Shown in pieces: positions 10,358-21,312 of a stretch of 64,000 nt of DNA (position 1 is the first letter of the stretch; every line of letters begins with the position of its first letter). Source of the stretch: Bispira polyomma. Lineage: Eukaryota. The translations under genes were made by a program, and so were the position numbers. Below the pieces are notes generated by a model. It saw nothing but the letters and a program-made list of their open reading frames with translations, was not told where the DNA came from and ran no database searches. Location of the stretch: the NCBI GenBank assembly GCA_965649765.1, contig OZ287749.1, positions 88,536,001 to 88,600,000 on the forward strand, read 5' to 3'.

Positions 10358-11817
10358 TCAAAATCCTTTACTTGATCTTCTTCAATCCAAGAATCAAATT
10401 TTGAACCCCAACCTTTCCAACGAACTAAGACCTGTGTTTTTCCCTTTACTTTGCGTTTTTTTAAGACCTTGTCAATGTCATACTGCGTATCTTGATCGAC
10501 AATAACCTTTTCAAGCTCATCCGCTGAAAATTTATCTATTATAGGGTCATTGTTAAAGTCTTTTACTTCATATTTTTGGATACCTTGGTTTAATGTTCTA
10601 GAAGTGACTGTAAACAGTTCATCAGTCCACTTTTGATCAGTTTCTTTGTCGTATACACCCGGTATCTTTGACAAACGAACCACATCCCCTAATTTAAAAC
10701 GAAACAAGACTTTCTGGTTAAAATACTGTGGTAGTTCTTTCTTTTTTTTAAGTTTTACGGGTGTATTTTTTTGTTCATACTGGGTCTTCCATAAAACAGG
10801 GTCATCAGTACTTAAAGCTTCTTTTGGCGACATTTTCATAGTTCTGTGATATGTTTCATTGTAGCTTTTAGTAACAGTTTTCAAAGCATCAACCCACCTA
10901 TGTTTTTTATTAAACGACATATATCTTGCTAATTTCATTTTCAGTGTACGTATAACTCTTTCTGCATAATTAGCTTTTGAATGTTCCGAGGTCATAATGT
11001 GTTTTACCTCATTCTGCTTCATGTAAGTAGCTGCAAGCCCCCAAAATTCGCTGCCTCTGTCAGAATGGACCAGTGTGGGTTTAGATTCTTGAAATACACT
11101 TTTTAAAGCCTCTAGCAGTTTTTTAGAAGTTAAGGTTTTTAAGGCTACAGTGTAAATGTAATGAGACAAAATATCAATAAACACTACAAAATACTTATAA
11201 CCATCATTTGCAGAAGCGTAACTTTCATAATGTGCTGTATCGGCATCAAACATGTATCCTTTACTCGGTACAACAACCCTAGGTCTCTGAAAGTGTCTCA
11301 CCACTTTTCGGTGTAGAGAGTATACGTTTTGTTTGCTTAACCATTTACGAATATCTCCTCTAGATATAGTCTGTCCTTGAGACTTTACAAATTGATACAA
11401 CTTATCTACACTACCAAAAGATGCAGGAGTGTTAGGGTCGAAATAAATTCTTTGTAGGTACGTCTCTATAGCTTTAGTAAGCATGTTAATAAGCTTCCAC
11501 TTGACTCTCCAATTATGTTTAGACGGTCCTAAACCTTTTTGTTTTGGTATGTCGGGTTCTCCTGGTGGTGGTGGTGGGGGTTGCGGTTGAGGTTGTGGTG
11601 GTGGTGGTTGAGTTTGTTGGTGTTGTTGCTGTGGTAGTGCTTGTACAAAAGGTTCTATTTGTTCTTTACTCTCGGGTAACGGTGTAGATTCCACTAAATT
11701 TTCAATCGTTGTGTCTTTCGGTTTAACCGGGTCTTCTTTATGTCTGTCTGAAACTGAAGGGTCTCGTGCTAGCAAACATTGGTATTTGTCAAATGGTATT
11801 AACACCAGTTTCTTCAT
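10354..11817 (-). CDS. Retroviral-type (rve) integrase with C-terminal chromodomain and Pro/Gln-rich N-terminal extension
   Basis: IYFDP..PASFG, DDE triad (DAD / SDRGSEF / AERVIRTLK) and chromodomain YDIDKVL..VRWKGW..FDSWI; ORF intact. Confidence 0.95.
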   Translation of the reverse strand: MKKLVLIPFDKYQCLLARDPSVSDRHKEDPVKPKDTTIENLVESTPLPESKEQIEPFVQALPQQQHQQTQPPPPQPQPQPPPPPPGEPDIPKQKGLGPSKHNWRVKWKLINMLTKAIETYLQRIYFDPNTPASFGSVDKLYQFVKSQGQTISRGDIRKWLSKQNVYSLHRKVVRHFQRPRVVVPSKGYMFDADTAHYESYASANDGYKYFVVFIDILSHYIYTVALKTLTSKKLLEALKSVFQESKPTLVHSDRGSEFWGLAATYMKQNEVKHIMTSEHSKANYAERVIRTLKMKLARYMSFNKKHRWVDALKTVTKSYNETYHRTMKMSPKEALSTDDPVLWKTQYEQKNTPVKLKKKKELPQYFNQKVLFRFKLGDVVRLSKIPGVYDKETDQKWTDELFTVTSRTLNQGIQKYEVKDFNNDPIIDKFSADELEKVIVDQDTQYDIDKVLKKRKVKGKTQVLVRWKGWGSKFDSWIEEDQVKDFE

Positions 11818-12131
11818 GTTAACAAACCTAGTAACTGTCGCTTAAATTTTAATAAGATACGTAAGATAGTTAACTTATGATCAACAATGAGTTTTTGTTT
11901 TTTTGTAACTGATAGTGCTTTATTAGCTAATTTTTTCAAAATGTTCTTACGTAGTTGTATAAAATGCTTGTCCCCACTACTTTCAACTAAGTTGAGTAGA
12001 TTAAAGCCAACTTCACTAATGACATTAACTGGCTCTTTCGTAATAGAGTCTAGCAAAGCTTTAGCTTGTTTGTTCGTAGTAGTTAATAATAAACCAACAT
12101 AATTTTTATGACTTTTTAAATTTCGAGACAT
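11814..12131 (-). CDS. Conserved small basic Polinton protein
   Basis: 105 aa with a KQAKALL...ISEVGFNLL pattern; its stop overlaps the integrase ATG (ATGA). Confidence 0.65.
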   Translation of the reverse strand: MSRNLKSHKNYVGLLLTTTNKQAKALLDSITKEPVNVISEVGFNLLNLVESSGDKHFIQLRKNILKKLANKALSVTKKQKLIVDHKLTILRILLKFKRQLLGLLT

Positions 12132-12138
12132 CTTTCTA

Positions 12139-12917
12139 CTACAAGGTCATAATGGTAACTAAATCGTTTTTGAAACTAAGATTCATTGATATACTATAGG
12201 GATTTCGGGGATAGGTGTGTGGGTAGCTCTCATCTATTATTTTGAACAGCTCTAACATCCTAAACCACTGGTCACGTTTCAAGGAAATCCCGTCTTTGGT
12301 AGGTAGCTCACTCCCGTCTTCAGAATGAAATCGGCGGATTTGGACACAACGATACGGTGACATCACGTAGGCATATACACCGTCCTGGAGTTTGAGTTTG
12401 TACTTTACACTGTCCTTTTTTTCAATAACTCTAATCAGATGATCTGTTAAAGCTTCTTTATGTTTTATTAACACGTTATAAGAATCTGAATCCAAAGAAA
12501 TATCTCCTTTTACAGATGACAGTCGTACAGTTATACGTTCACGCTTGTGTTTGATCTCAAACAATTTTCTACCCCAGAGGGGTAGGTGTAACAGAGATAC
12601 GGACAAAACCTGTCTTTACTATGACGTTTGTGTTCTTCAAACAAATTGTCAAACAGTTTAAAGCTTTCTATTCTATTATCATAGGTTCTGTGATAAGGTG
12701 CTGCAAAATCAAACCCTCCTACCCTGTCGTACGTCGGTTTTTGCCTGGGTGGATCACGAATCCTAGATTGTTTAGATGATGAAGAAGAAGAAGCATTGGT
12801 ACAAAGTGAAAAACCGGATGTAACACCTTTAGCGGGGTTCGAAAACAAACCGGTGGAAATACTGTCTCCTTGATCCATGATCACTGGTCTTATGAAGTAC
12901 TCGGGTTGTGATGTCAC
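12139..12917 (-). CDS. PC4/Sub1-like ssDNA-binding protein (ORFs 12531-12917 and 12139-12606, probably one frameshifted gene)
   Basis: VQIRRFH..DGSELPTKDGISLKRDQW matches the PC4 signature VDIR...P.KKGISL...QW; the two ORFs overlap in different frames. Confidence 0.65.
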
Positions 12918-12939
12918 CTTATAACTTTATCAAGCAAAA

Positions 12940-13328
12940 GCTCATTGGTTAGTAACTAACCAATCAGGTTGACTCTCTCACAAATTGATGGTTAGTAACC
13001 AACCAATCGGATTGACTCTTTCTCTTTTCTCTTACTTTACCCTCACCTATTTGCACCATCAGCATTTTTTAATCTTTTGTGTAAGGTGTGAGTCATGTGT
13101 GTGTGTGAGTGTGCTCTAGTGGTGGGGTGTACTCTAGTGGCGGGGTTCATTGATGATAGTGTGTCATTTTGGTGTGAGTTGTGGTGAGTTTTAAAAGTGT
13201 TTACAAGTGTTACCCAAGTGGTGGGGTGCATTGATTTACCCCTCTGTTTTATACCATCTGCTGCTACTCAATTAGGTGGGGTACTTACTCGGTGGGGTAT
13301 GAAGTATTCGCTCTAACCCGGCACTACT
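12940..13328. repeat. Putative right terminal inverted repeat/promoter region of the Polinton
   Basis: Non-coding, with a duplicated CCAAT-containing unit, the palindrome ATTGGTTAGT-A-ACTAACCAAT (12944-12964) and GTGGGG repeats, ending ACTACT. The partner TIR is not in the window, so the inner boundary is unknown. Confidence 0.55.
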
Positions 13329-14020
13329 TCAGGTTATCTAATGTTGATAGATTTCCGAAAAGCCTTTGACATGATAGATTAGAAGTTTATGTTTAAATAT
13401 TTAGAAAAATTTAACTTTTGTCTGCAATTATTCTATGCATACAGCAGCTAAATGTAGCTGGATTAAAAGACTTGCCTTTAATGATAATGCTAATTGGAAA
13501 ATATTGACATGAATATGCTCTCTCTAAATGAATATTTACTAAATAAATAATTCAGTTTTATCTCTACAAAAAAGTGCTTGACAATGTTTCATCAAAAAGT
13601 CTTAGAAAGCTGGTATAAAGTCTACTGTACAACTCCTGACAATAAAACAGAGATATTAAATGAATATATTCTTCATAATAAAGAAATTACTATAGCTAAA
13701 AGGCCAATATCTAGAACTCAATTTCCAAACAAATTTGACTATAACATATACTTACCTAAACACAAAGTTTAACTTTACTGTATGTGAAGTGATATTTGGA
13801 ATACCTTATACACATGATCCTATATTAGAAACCATAAATTATATTTTAACTCTTGGAAAATGGTTTATCATTAAAAAAAGAACAAATAAGAATAGTCTAA
13901 TATTCTTTAAATTTATTTTAGTTTTGAAAGAAAAATTTAAAGTTCTCTGCTTAACAAAAATGCTTAAAGGAATTACACCAGACAAATACTATTATTATGA
14001 ATTATTATACTTGAGCTAAT
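13329..14020 (+). mobile_element. Decayed L1/Tx1-clade LINE ORF2 fragments
   Basis: SGYLMLIDFRKAFDMID*KFMFKYLEKFNF (RT), AAKCSWIKRL and EVIFG...INYILTLGKWFI. Confidence 0.8.
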
Positions 14021-14314
14021 GAAATGTTGCTTTGTTTCAAAACATGTAATAGAAATGATATATCTAAGACTGATTGTAGAATTTACCCAAAGGGTCCATA
14101 TGGGGATACTTTTAAAAATGCTGTACCAAGTTTATCCTTTATTCACAAAAACAATTTTATTTCATTCAGCACTTATTATTCATTAATTTTGTCCACCAGG
14201 TTCTAAAATTTTGCCATTATCCCACATTTCTGAGAGTTGTAATTATATATATACCCAGTCTTTTCCCACAGTCTTATCTTCAAATGCCCTTGTCCTGGTG
14301 TATCAATAACACAC

Positions 14315-14315
<1 letters not shown>

Positions 14316-14353
<38 letters not shown>
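14316..14353. repeat. (TA)n microsatellite
   Basis: Direct read of the sequence. Confidence 0.95.
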
Positions 14354-14358
<5 letters not shown>

Positions 14359-16589
14359 TGTCTCCTTCTGGATTACTTCAAATCTGTCACCCTGGAATTT
14401 CCTCATAACCAACCTCATTGAAAACATATGGGAGGTGTAATCCTTCTACTTAGCTAGCATTTTTAGGCGACCCATTTTTAGCTTTACATTTATAATTAAA
14501 TCAAACTTTAAAGTAAATCATATTTTCTACATTGATTAATATACATATTATCATAGTATTGTTGTATTATGCTTGTCTATTACTGTGTTCTCTTGTTTTG
14601 GAATACTTGTATATTGTAATGTTTATTGTATTGTAATGTATGTATATATGTAGAAAAAAATGTATGTTCTCATCTTGACAAGGATAGTGTAACATAGATG
14701 GTCATTAGAGTCTCCTTTTAAAAAGCATGATAGAGTTCAAGCTAGAATGCTAAAGATCGTATCACAGGGCCAACAACAGAGTAAGGCAATTGTACTCTTA
14801 ACAATTTCTAGAATAGAATACTCTAATTATCTTTTGGTATCATGAAAACAACTGTAATAACGCCTACCAAGTACCAAGTGTAAACTCAAAAGGCCATCTT
14901 CACTACCTCTACAGATAACCTGAAATCTTTCAAAGTGGTGGGATTTTGTCCCCTTTTTAATCAAACCTTAATTGAAATAACAATTGAATACATACAATTT
15001 TTACAATATTACTAATGTGTCAATAAGTAACCAGTTCATTCATTGCTGAACACTGACCTTTAAAGCTTATCATTCCCATGGTTGTAAAATTATATTACAA
15101 AAAATAGCGATATAAAATGATTACTTTAATTTGATTATTAGGAGCACAGAAGTAGTCCAATTAAAGACAGGAGACTTAGTACAATTCTAATGGAAAGGAA
15201 ATCATAAAACAGGATAGCTTATCAACTGTATGTATGTATGTATCTTTGGTAAATGTGTACTGTAAGTATTTATGGGATTTTATATAAATGAGTACTGTTT
15301 GTATTTATGTATCTTTTGTAAATGTGTGTGTGTCTCTTCTGGGATGTAAGATGTTTTAGCCTAAATCACAAGTTAAAGACCTCCTCACAAAATATTTAAG
15401 ATATACATTCCACTACATGCATATCAATTTTTGAGGTATATTTGAAGGCAAAGCTATTAATCCTCAATCAGTATACAATTTTAGATTTATCTTTCACAGT
15501 TGCAGTTCATTGTCCTAACAAACAGCTAATATAGTTTTCTTCAACATTAGTGTAATATTAGACCGATATACAAGTGTGACATTTTAAAATCTACTTTATA
15601 GATTAACAAAAATAGGTTCCATATTAAAAGTACTACAGCTTTAAAAAATCAAATAAGAGATGGCATTTAAACAGAACCATTATAATCAAGAACAACAAAG
15701 AAAACAGCAATGGCTGTATTTGAGTGTTTTATTCTGTATTTAAAGCCTCCCACTAAGTTAAAATTGCCTTCTATTGAACTGCCAAGTAGAATGATATCTT
15801 TGTACCTCAAGATGTTCAGTTTTTAATAATTGAATCTTATTTTACTCTTTACAATTAATAGTTTCTAAAATTAAATTCACATAGACTACTCAGTACAAAT
15901 CCTCAGAAATGGGGTTTTTCTGTGGTGTTTTGCTGTACACTGTAGATTTCATTGTTAGCCTAACTTTTTAAAAATTCATTTCAGTACAATTTGTTTGTAA
16001 CCAAAACATTATTTAAGCACTAAGCACTTTTGGTTACAAAAAAATTTTAACCGTTATTTCACCAAGTGGCTAAATTAAGTTTAATGACACAGTTCATATC
16101 TGTACATGACCAGTATGACCACTTTAGGGGCCTGCTGTTTCAGTTTCCCTTCTACCTTCAACCCCCTTTGTAAAATTATTTGTCCACATCACTCTACTCA
16201 TTGACCAATCACTATTCACGCTATATTAAATACTTTGTGTATCCCTATGATCAGGCACCTCTTTAAATAATCACTGGAAAAAAATCCTTTACTGTGATTT
16301 TAATACACAGTTTACAACTGATGAAAAAACATTCAAATACCAGCAAAGTTACCACAGGAGTTCACAGAGGTGCAGTATCTAAAGTTACATAATCATGTTG
16401 TACTAAATGTATACGTTCAAAAACAAACTATCATGATTTTTAGGTCCCAAACAGTCAATAAGTGCTCGAAACCTCAGTGTGACTCTTGCTTATCTAAAGA
16501 CCAGTTCACACAACCTAAATGCATGTCTCTAAAGATTATAAGAAATGTACTTTGAGTACAAATATATATATATAAAAGCAGCTAATACA

Positions 16590-17630
16590 ATGTCTCAGTA
16601 ATCCAAGTCAATATCACGGTGGCCTAAGACCATCTGAAGAAGCCTCTAAGTCTCCCAGCCCTACATCCTATGTATTAGTGGGCTAAGACCGCACCTCAGT
16701 ACCATAAATCCGTAACTAAGGACCCTAACATAGGCTACTGAGACACCATCTCTTAGAATATTATTGCATCGTTTTAGGTTCCTTTGACATGACCTTAGGC
16801 CATCGTGACATGCACTCAAGCTATGGTTCATGGTATAGTCATAAGCTAGTGGGATATGATTTTAGGTTACTGAGACATATTCTGAGGGTATGTTACATAG
16901 CCTTTAGAGAGTGAAACATGGTTTTAGGCTAGTGTGACACGGGACTGGGCTACCTGAGATTGCTTTAGGATCCTGCATATGGACATTTTCAGTATTGAAC
17001 TAACTATAGCAAGGTATGGACCCACTCTGCTCGGAGAAGAAAGTGGGTCCAACTGTCCATCAAGAGATAAAGAATTACAATACTAAGAATAATACTTAGT
17101 ATATGGCGAGCTAGGGGCCAACTTTGCAGGAAGTATGTGGGGGTCAACATTGCATTAATGAAGTAAACAACTAATAATACAATACAAAGTATTACACTTA
17201 GTATATAGAGAGGTACGGGCCCACTGTGCAGACTTGATGAGGTGGGTCTCACAATATCTTAAGGAAGAACTAAGGCTAGGGTGGCTAGTGTGAGCTGTAG
17301 TAGGGATAATGCTAGGGCGGGCTCACCAGTGCAGTAAAACGAGGAATGGCGGAGTCTGAGGAGTGGTACCCACTAATGCACAAAAGAAGAGGGTGTGTAT
17401 TGCCCACTAATGCATGAAATAGGAGGGTGGATAGGGCCACCCCAAGGCAAATTTAGAAGGAGATTGGACATTATTCAGCAGTAGACTTAAAGGGCGAGGG
17501 TAGGGTTAGAGTATGTGTTGGGCCATACCCACAACTGTAATAACGAAAATGCATGCATGGGGTCCACTAATGCAGCAAAGTGGAAAAGAGGAATGTGAGG
17601 AAGCCAGAGTGGGCCCAATAGAGCATGAAA
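16590..17630. repeat. Dispersed array of degenerate 13-15 bp motifs (GGCTACTGAGACA / GGCCCACTAATGCA) with variable spacers
   Basis: About 20 variants; CCACTAATGCA is exact near 17370, 17404 and 17564, and inverted copies lie at 16590-16710. Confidence 0.55.
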
Positions 17631-19164
17631 AAAAGCTAGTGAAGAAGAAAAATATTTGTGTTAAATAATAACTACTCCCTAGTGCGCAGTTGGACCCGGG
17701 GTTGGCTGGTCCATCCTCATTTGTTTGCTGAGCACCCTTCTCTTATTCATTATTTTGTAGCTGTCGTCCTGTTCACATCACATACCTCGCCCACCCTTTT
17801 GGTTAAGCAAATGATACCTTAAACTTAGTGGCTTTGTCAGACAAAATAATAATACTAATATCAGTACATTATGGATAATATCTATAGATATGAGGTGTGC
17901 TTTATGGATAAACTAAACGTGTCCAGGGCACTGGTCAGACTATGTCACGTTACGGCCTCACTATCTGTATCTTCATATAAGTCTGTAATTTTTATTTCCT
18001 TAACTAAACCATTTACATACAGATCTGCAGTATAATACCTTAATTAGATTATCTCGTTTCGCCAGACTGTCAGACTGATGGCATACATGCATTAAAAACT
18101 ACTGTGTACACCCAAACATAAGCCTACTCTTCACCACAGCTGTGTATTAATAGATTTACTTGTCTAACTTCGGGATTTGTGTGATTGTAAATATATTATA
18201 TATCTTCCCCTTCCATACTTTTTTCAAACATTAGGGTAAACATTTAAAACTTTTCTGAAACTATATATATTCTCCTTGCAAATAGAGTTAAAAGTGTTCA
18301 AAATTAAATTTTTATATGTTTCTGAGACAAACCTGAGATCAATAATTCCATCAATGAGTAAAGCTGTGTGTGAGATTTAAATTGCTCCTTTCAAATTTCT
18401 TGATTTTAACAAAGAAAGCTACTCTTCAACTTCAATTAAAATGTTAAATAACAAAATGCAACAGCTTTACTAAAGTTTTCAATGCTTTGATGAACTAAAG
18501 CACTGACAACCTTTCTGTGACAAAAGAGTAATTCCGCAGAATAAAAAGATAGAATATCTCATACCCAAAGGTAATAGAGCAATGAAAACGAAATGATAAC
18601 TCAAATATATAGTTACAATAGCGGTTAGATAGAAGAAAATACTATTTTTAGTTTTACTGGAACTATTTGTCACTGTTCCAGTTAGTTCAAATACATAAAA
18701 TTAGTCGCAAGACTTGCTCTTTTACACCTGCTCAACTCGTTCCTAAAATCACGCAATATTATGAAAACTATATGTTTTTGAAAAGTTTTTGTCCAGTTTT
18801 ATTTTACATCTAATAATAAAAAAATTATAAATCAACATTAGAATAATCTTTTATCAAAATGTAGGACTGGTTTACTTCACCATACTTAACATAAAATATT
18901 TGTTTTGGTATCACAGGAAAGCTCTTATTATGTTCTTTAGGATAGTTCTACTATTGGAATTTTAATAATTAGCAATTAAAAACATTGATAGTTAAAGTTG
19001 GACTGAATTTTTAAAACTGTGTGGGTTATTGATAAAATGCTTATATCGCAGTAAGTATAGGTGATAATGACTTTCAGAAAAGTCTATATTTTGGCATTTT
19101 TAACAAAACAAAAATGCATCAAGAATTAACTAAGTTGTGTTAAAATTTTACATGTATAACCAAA

Positions 19165-20155
19165 CAGACCACCATCCGACCTGCCTTTTCATTCTAGTCA
19201 CATCCATCACCAACATAATAAATTTTTCTCTTTGGGATGGTGTTTTTCCCACCTGTTTCAAGACTGCAAATATAACTCCCTTGATAAAAAACCAGGGCTC
19301 GATAAGAACCAACTAAAAAACTACAGACCGGTGTCAAACCTAAGCTTCGTCTCAAAAGTCATCGAGATAGCTGTAGCACAACAAATTTCTGACCATCTAA
19401 ACAGACAAAACATTAAAAATCATCACCAGTCTGCTTACAGAAAATTCCACTCCACAGAAAGTGCCCTTGTTCCATCAGCAATGATATAAATCTTGCACTG
19501 GACCACAAGGAAACAGTGGCCCTCACCCTTTGAGATCTTTCAGCAGCATTCAACACTATTGATCATGGCCTGCTCTGTGACACTCTCAAGCAGTGGTTTG
19601 GTATACATTGCCAACATCTGTCACTCCTGCTGTTACCATATATGTGATATCAAAAGAATCCGATACCACCTGTCAACGAAAACAGCAATAACTGTGGCTA
19701 ATGCCTTTGTGAGCAGCCGCTTGACTACTGTAAGTCTCTTCTCTACAGAGCAAACAAGTCACATTAAAAAGCTTCATTCCATTCAAAACTACCTTTGTAG
19801 AGTTATTTTTCGCCTGGGTTGTCGTACAGACCTCACTCCTTACCTAAAAAAATTACACTGGCTGCCCAATCAGTCTCGTATTATGTTCAAAATTCACGTT
19901 ACCATTTTTAAAGCTGGAGTCAATCATCAGCCCTCTTAACTTGCTTTCCTTCTTTCCTTCAGTAACCGTAAGAGAGGCAACAGACTTTCTGTTTCTTCGG
20001 TCAGACCCATCAGAAATGCGGGATCCAGAGCATTCCCCATTGCAGCTCCTTCATTATGGAACAGTCTCCCACTTGACCTCAGATCAGTTGATACACTTAT
20101 CGGTTTTAGAAAAAAGCCTAAAACCTATCTTTTTAACCTTGCCTACCCACCCTAG
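19165..20155 (+). mobile_element. Decayed L2/CR1-clade LINE RT fragment
   Basis: KKPGLD..NYRPVSNLSFVSKVIE, QSAYRKFHSTESAL, DLSAAF and LHWLP..RIMFK, with frameshifts and deletions. Confidence 0.9.
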
Positions 20156-21064
20156 TTTCCGTCATGCACGCTCCCACTCACATGTCTTAAAAATTTATAA
20201 TAATGATTATAATTTTTGATGGCTATTCTAGTTGTTATTGCATTTCTAAACATTCAGATGTTAAATTTTAAAGACACCTTTGAGTTGTTCTTATAATAAT
20301 TAATTATTAAATACTTGAGTATGGTTTGTTGAAAAGACAGATTTTTAAAGTAATTGCAATACAAATCGACCTTTGTATGTGAAATAAGGGGGTGCACTTT
20401 TATCATAATGCATTGCATGCACCTAGTAACTATTTAACTGTAAAAAGGTCTATTGTAGCAGAGAATGTGAAATGATTAACATACTGTTGTCAATAACCCT
20501 GTTTCTGTAGAAAGTATAAACTTGTTTTGATACACACACAGACAAATTCTTATGTTTACAAAACTCCAGGGGAACTTGTAGTTCCGGCTTGTGGCAATAT
20601 TTCTGTGGCAGGAAGTATGTACTAAATATAGTATTTTATTCGAAAGACCCTACTTTTGTTACTTTTATCTTCTACATTCTGGTTTGGTTGTACCCACTCA
20701 CGGATATGTTAAGTATTAAATAAAGTTGTGTAGGCCAATATTGTAGATAGCAATATATGATGCATATTACCATCTATTCAGCTCAATAATTAACTCAACG
20801 CAGAATATTTATTGCAAATATTTTGGTAGAAATATAATATATTTAAATAGGTTTGGCCTTTTGTATTCCCTTTTTTCAATGGTATTAACCATTTTGTTCA
20901 ATAACAGTGTATTTCGTGGTCTTAAGCACTCAGATATCAACCCCCCTTCCCCCCCTTGAGGACCATAAGCAGAGTTTTCTCTTTTCTAAACATAATTGTA
21001 TAAGATATGTGTTATTTTATTATGTGTTATTTTATTAGAAAGCTTTTTTTGTATGACTGGACAT

Positions 21065-21312
21065 CTGGGATGGTATTCTCGAACGTATACTCGGCTCAAA
21101 CTCATACTCAACTCAAATCTGGATTCTCTATAACTCGGGATACGGTAAATATATCTAAAATCTGACTTGATATTTGAATTCAGGGTTAAAAGCTCTATTA
21201 AAATGAATGGTCACAAGTATAGGTTATTCCCATGTACATTGGTTTCCACATGGCCTATATTTGAGTTGAGTATGAGTTTAAGCCGAGTGTACGTTGGAGA
21301 ATACAAGCCCTG
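21065..21312. mobile_element. MITE with ~55 bp terminal inverted repeats
   Basis: TATTCTCGAACGTATACTCGGCTCAAACTCATACTCAACTCAA is nearly the reverse complement of 21261-21303. Confidence 0.8.

Larger units (their letters stand above)
1..13328. mobile_element. Polinton/Maverick (adintovirus-like) element, right portion; left end outside window
   Basis: pPolB, rve integrase with chromodomain, major and minor capsid and adenain protease are clustered. The right terminus is ...GGCACTACT (13328), matching the AGTAGT...ACTACT Polinton termini, and is followed abruptly by LINE RT sequence. No left TIR or packaging ATPase is seen in the window. Confidence 0.93.

Noticed and set aside
17004-17252. Hydrophobic 82-aa ORF resembling a membrane protein
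   Set aside because: Arises from the pyrimidine-rich strand of the motif array, with a non-ATG start and no other support.
16990-17630. CRISPR-like repeat-spacer appearance
   Set aside because: Repeats are short and degenerate, spacing is irregular, no cas genes are present and the context is eukaryotic; kept only as a motif array.
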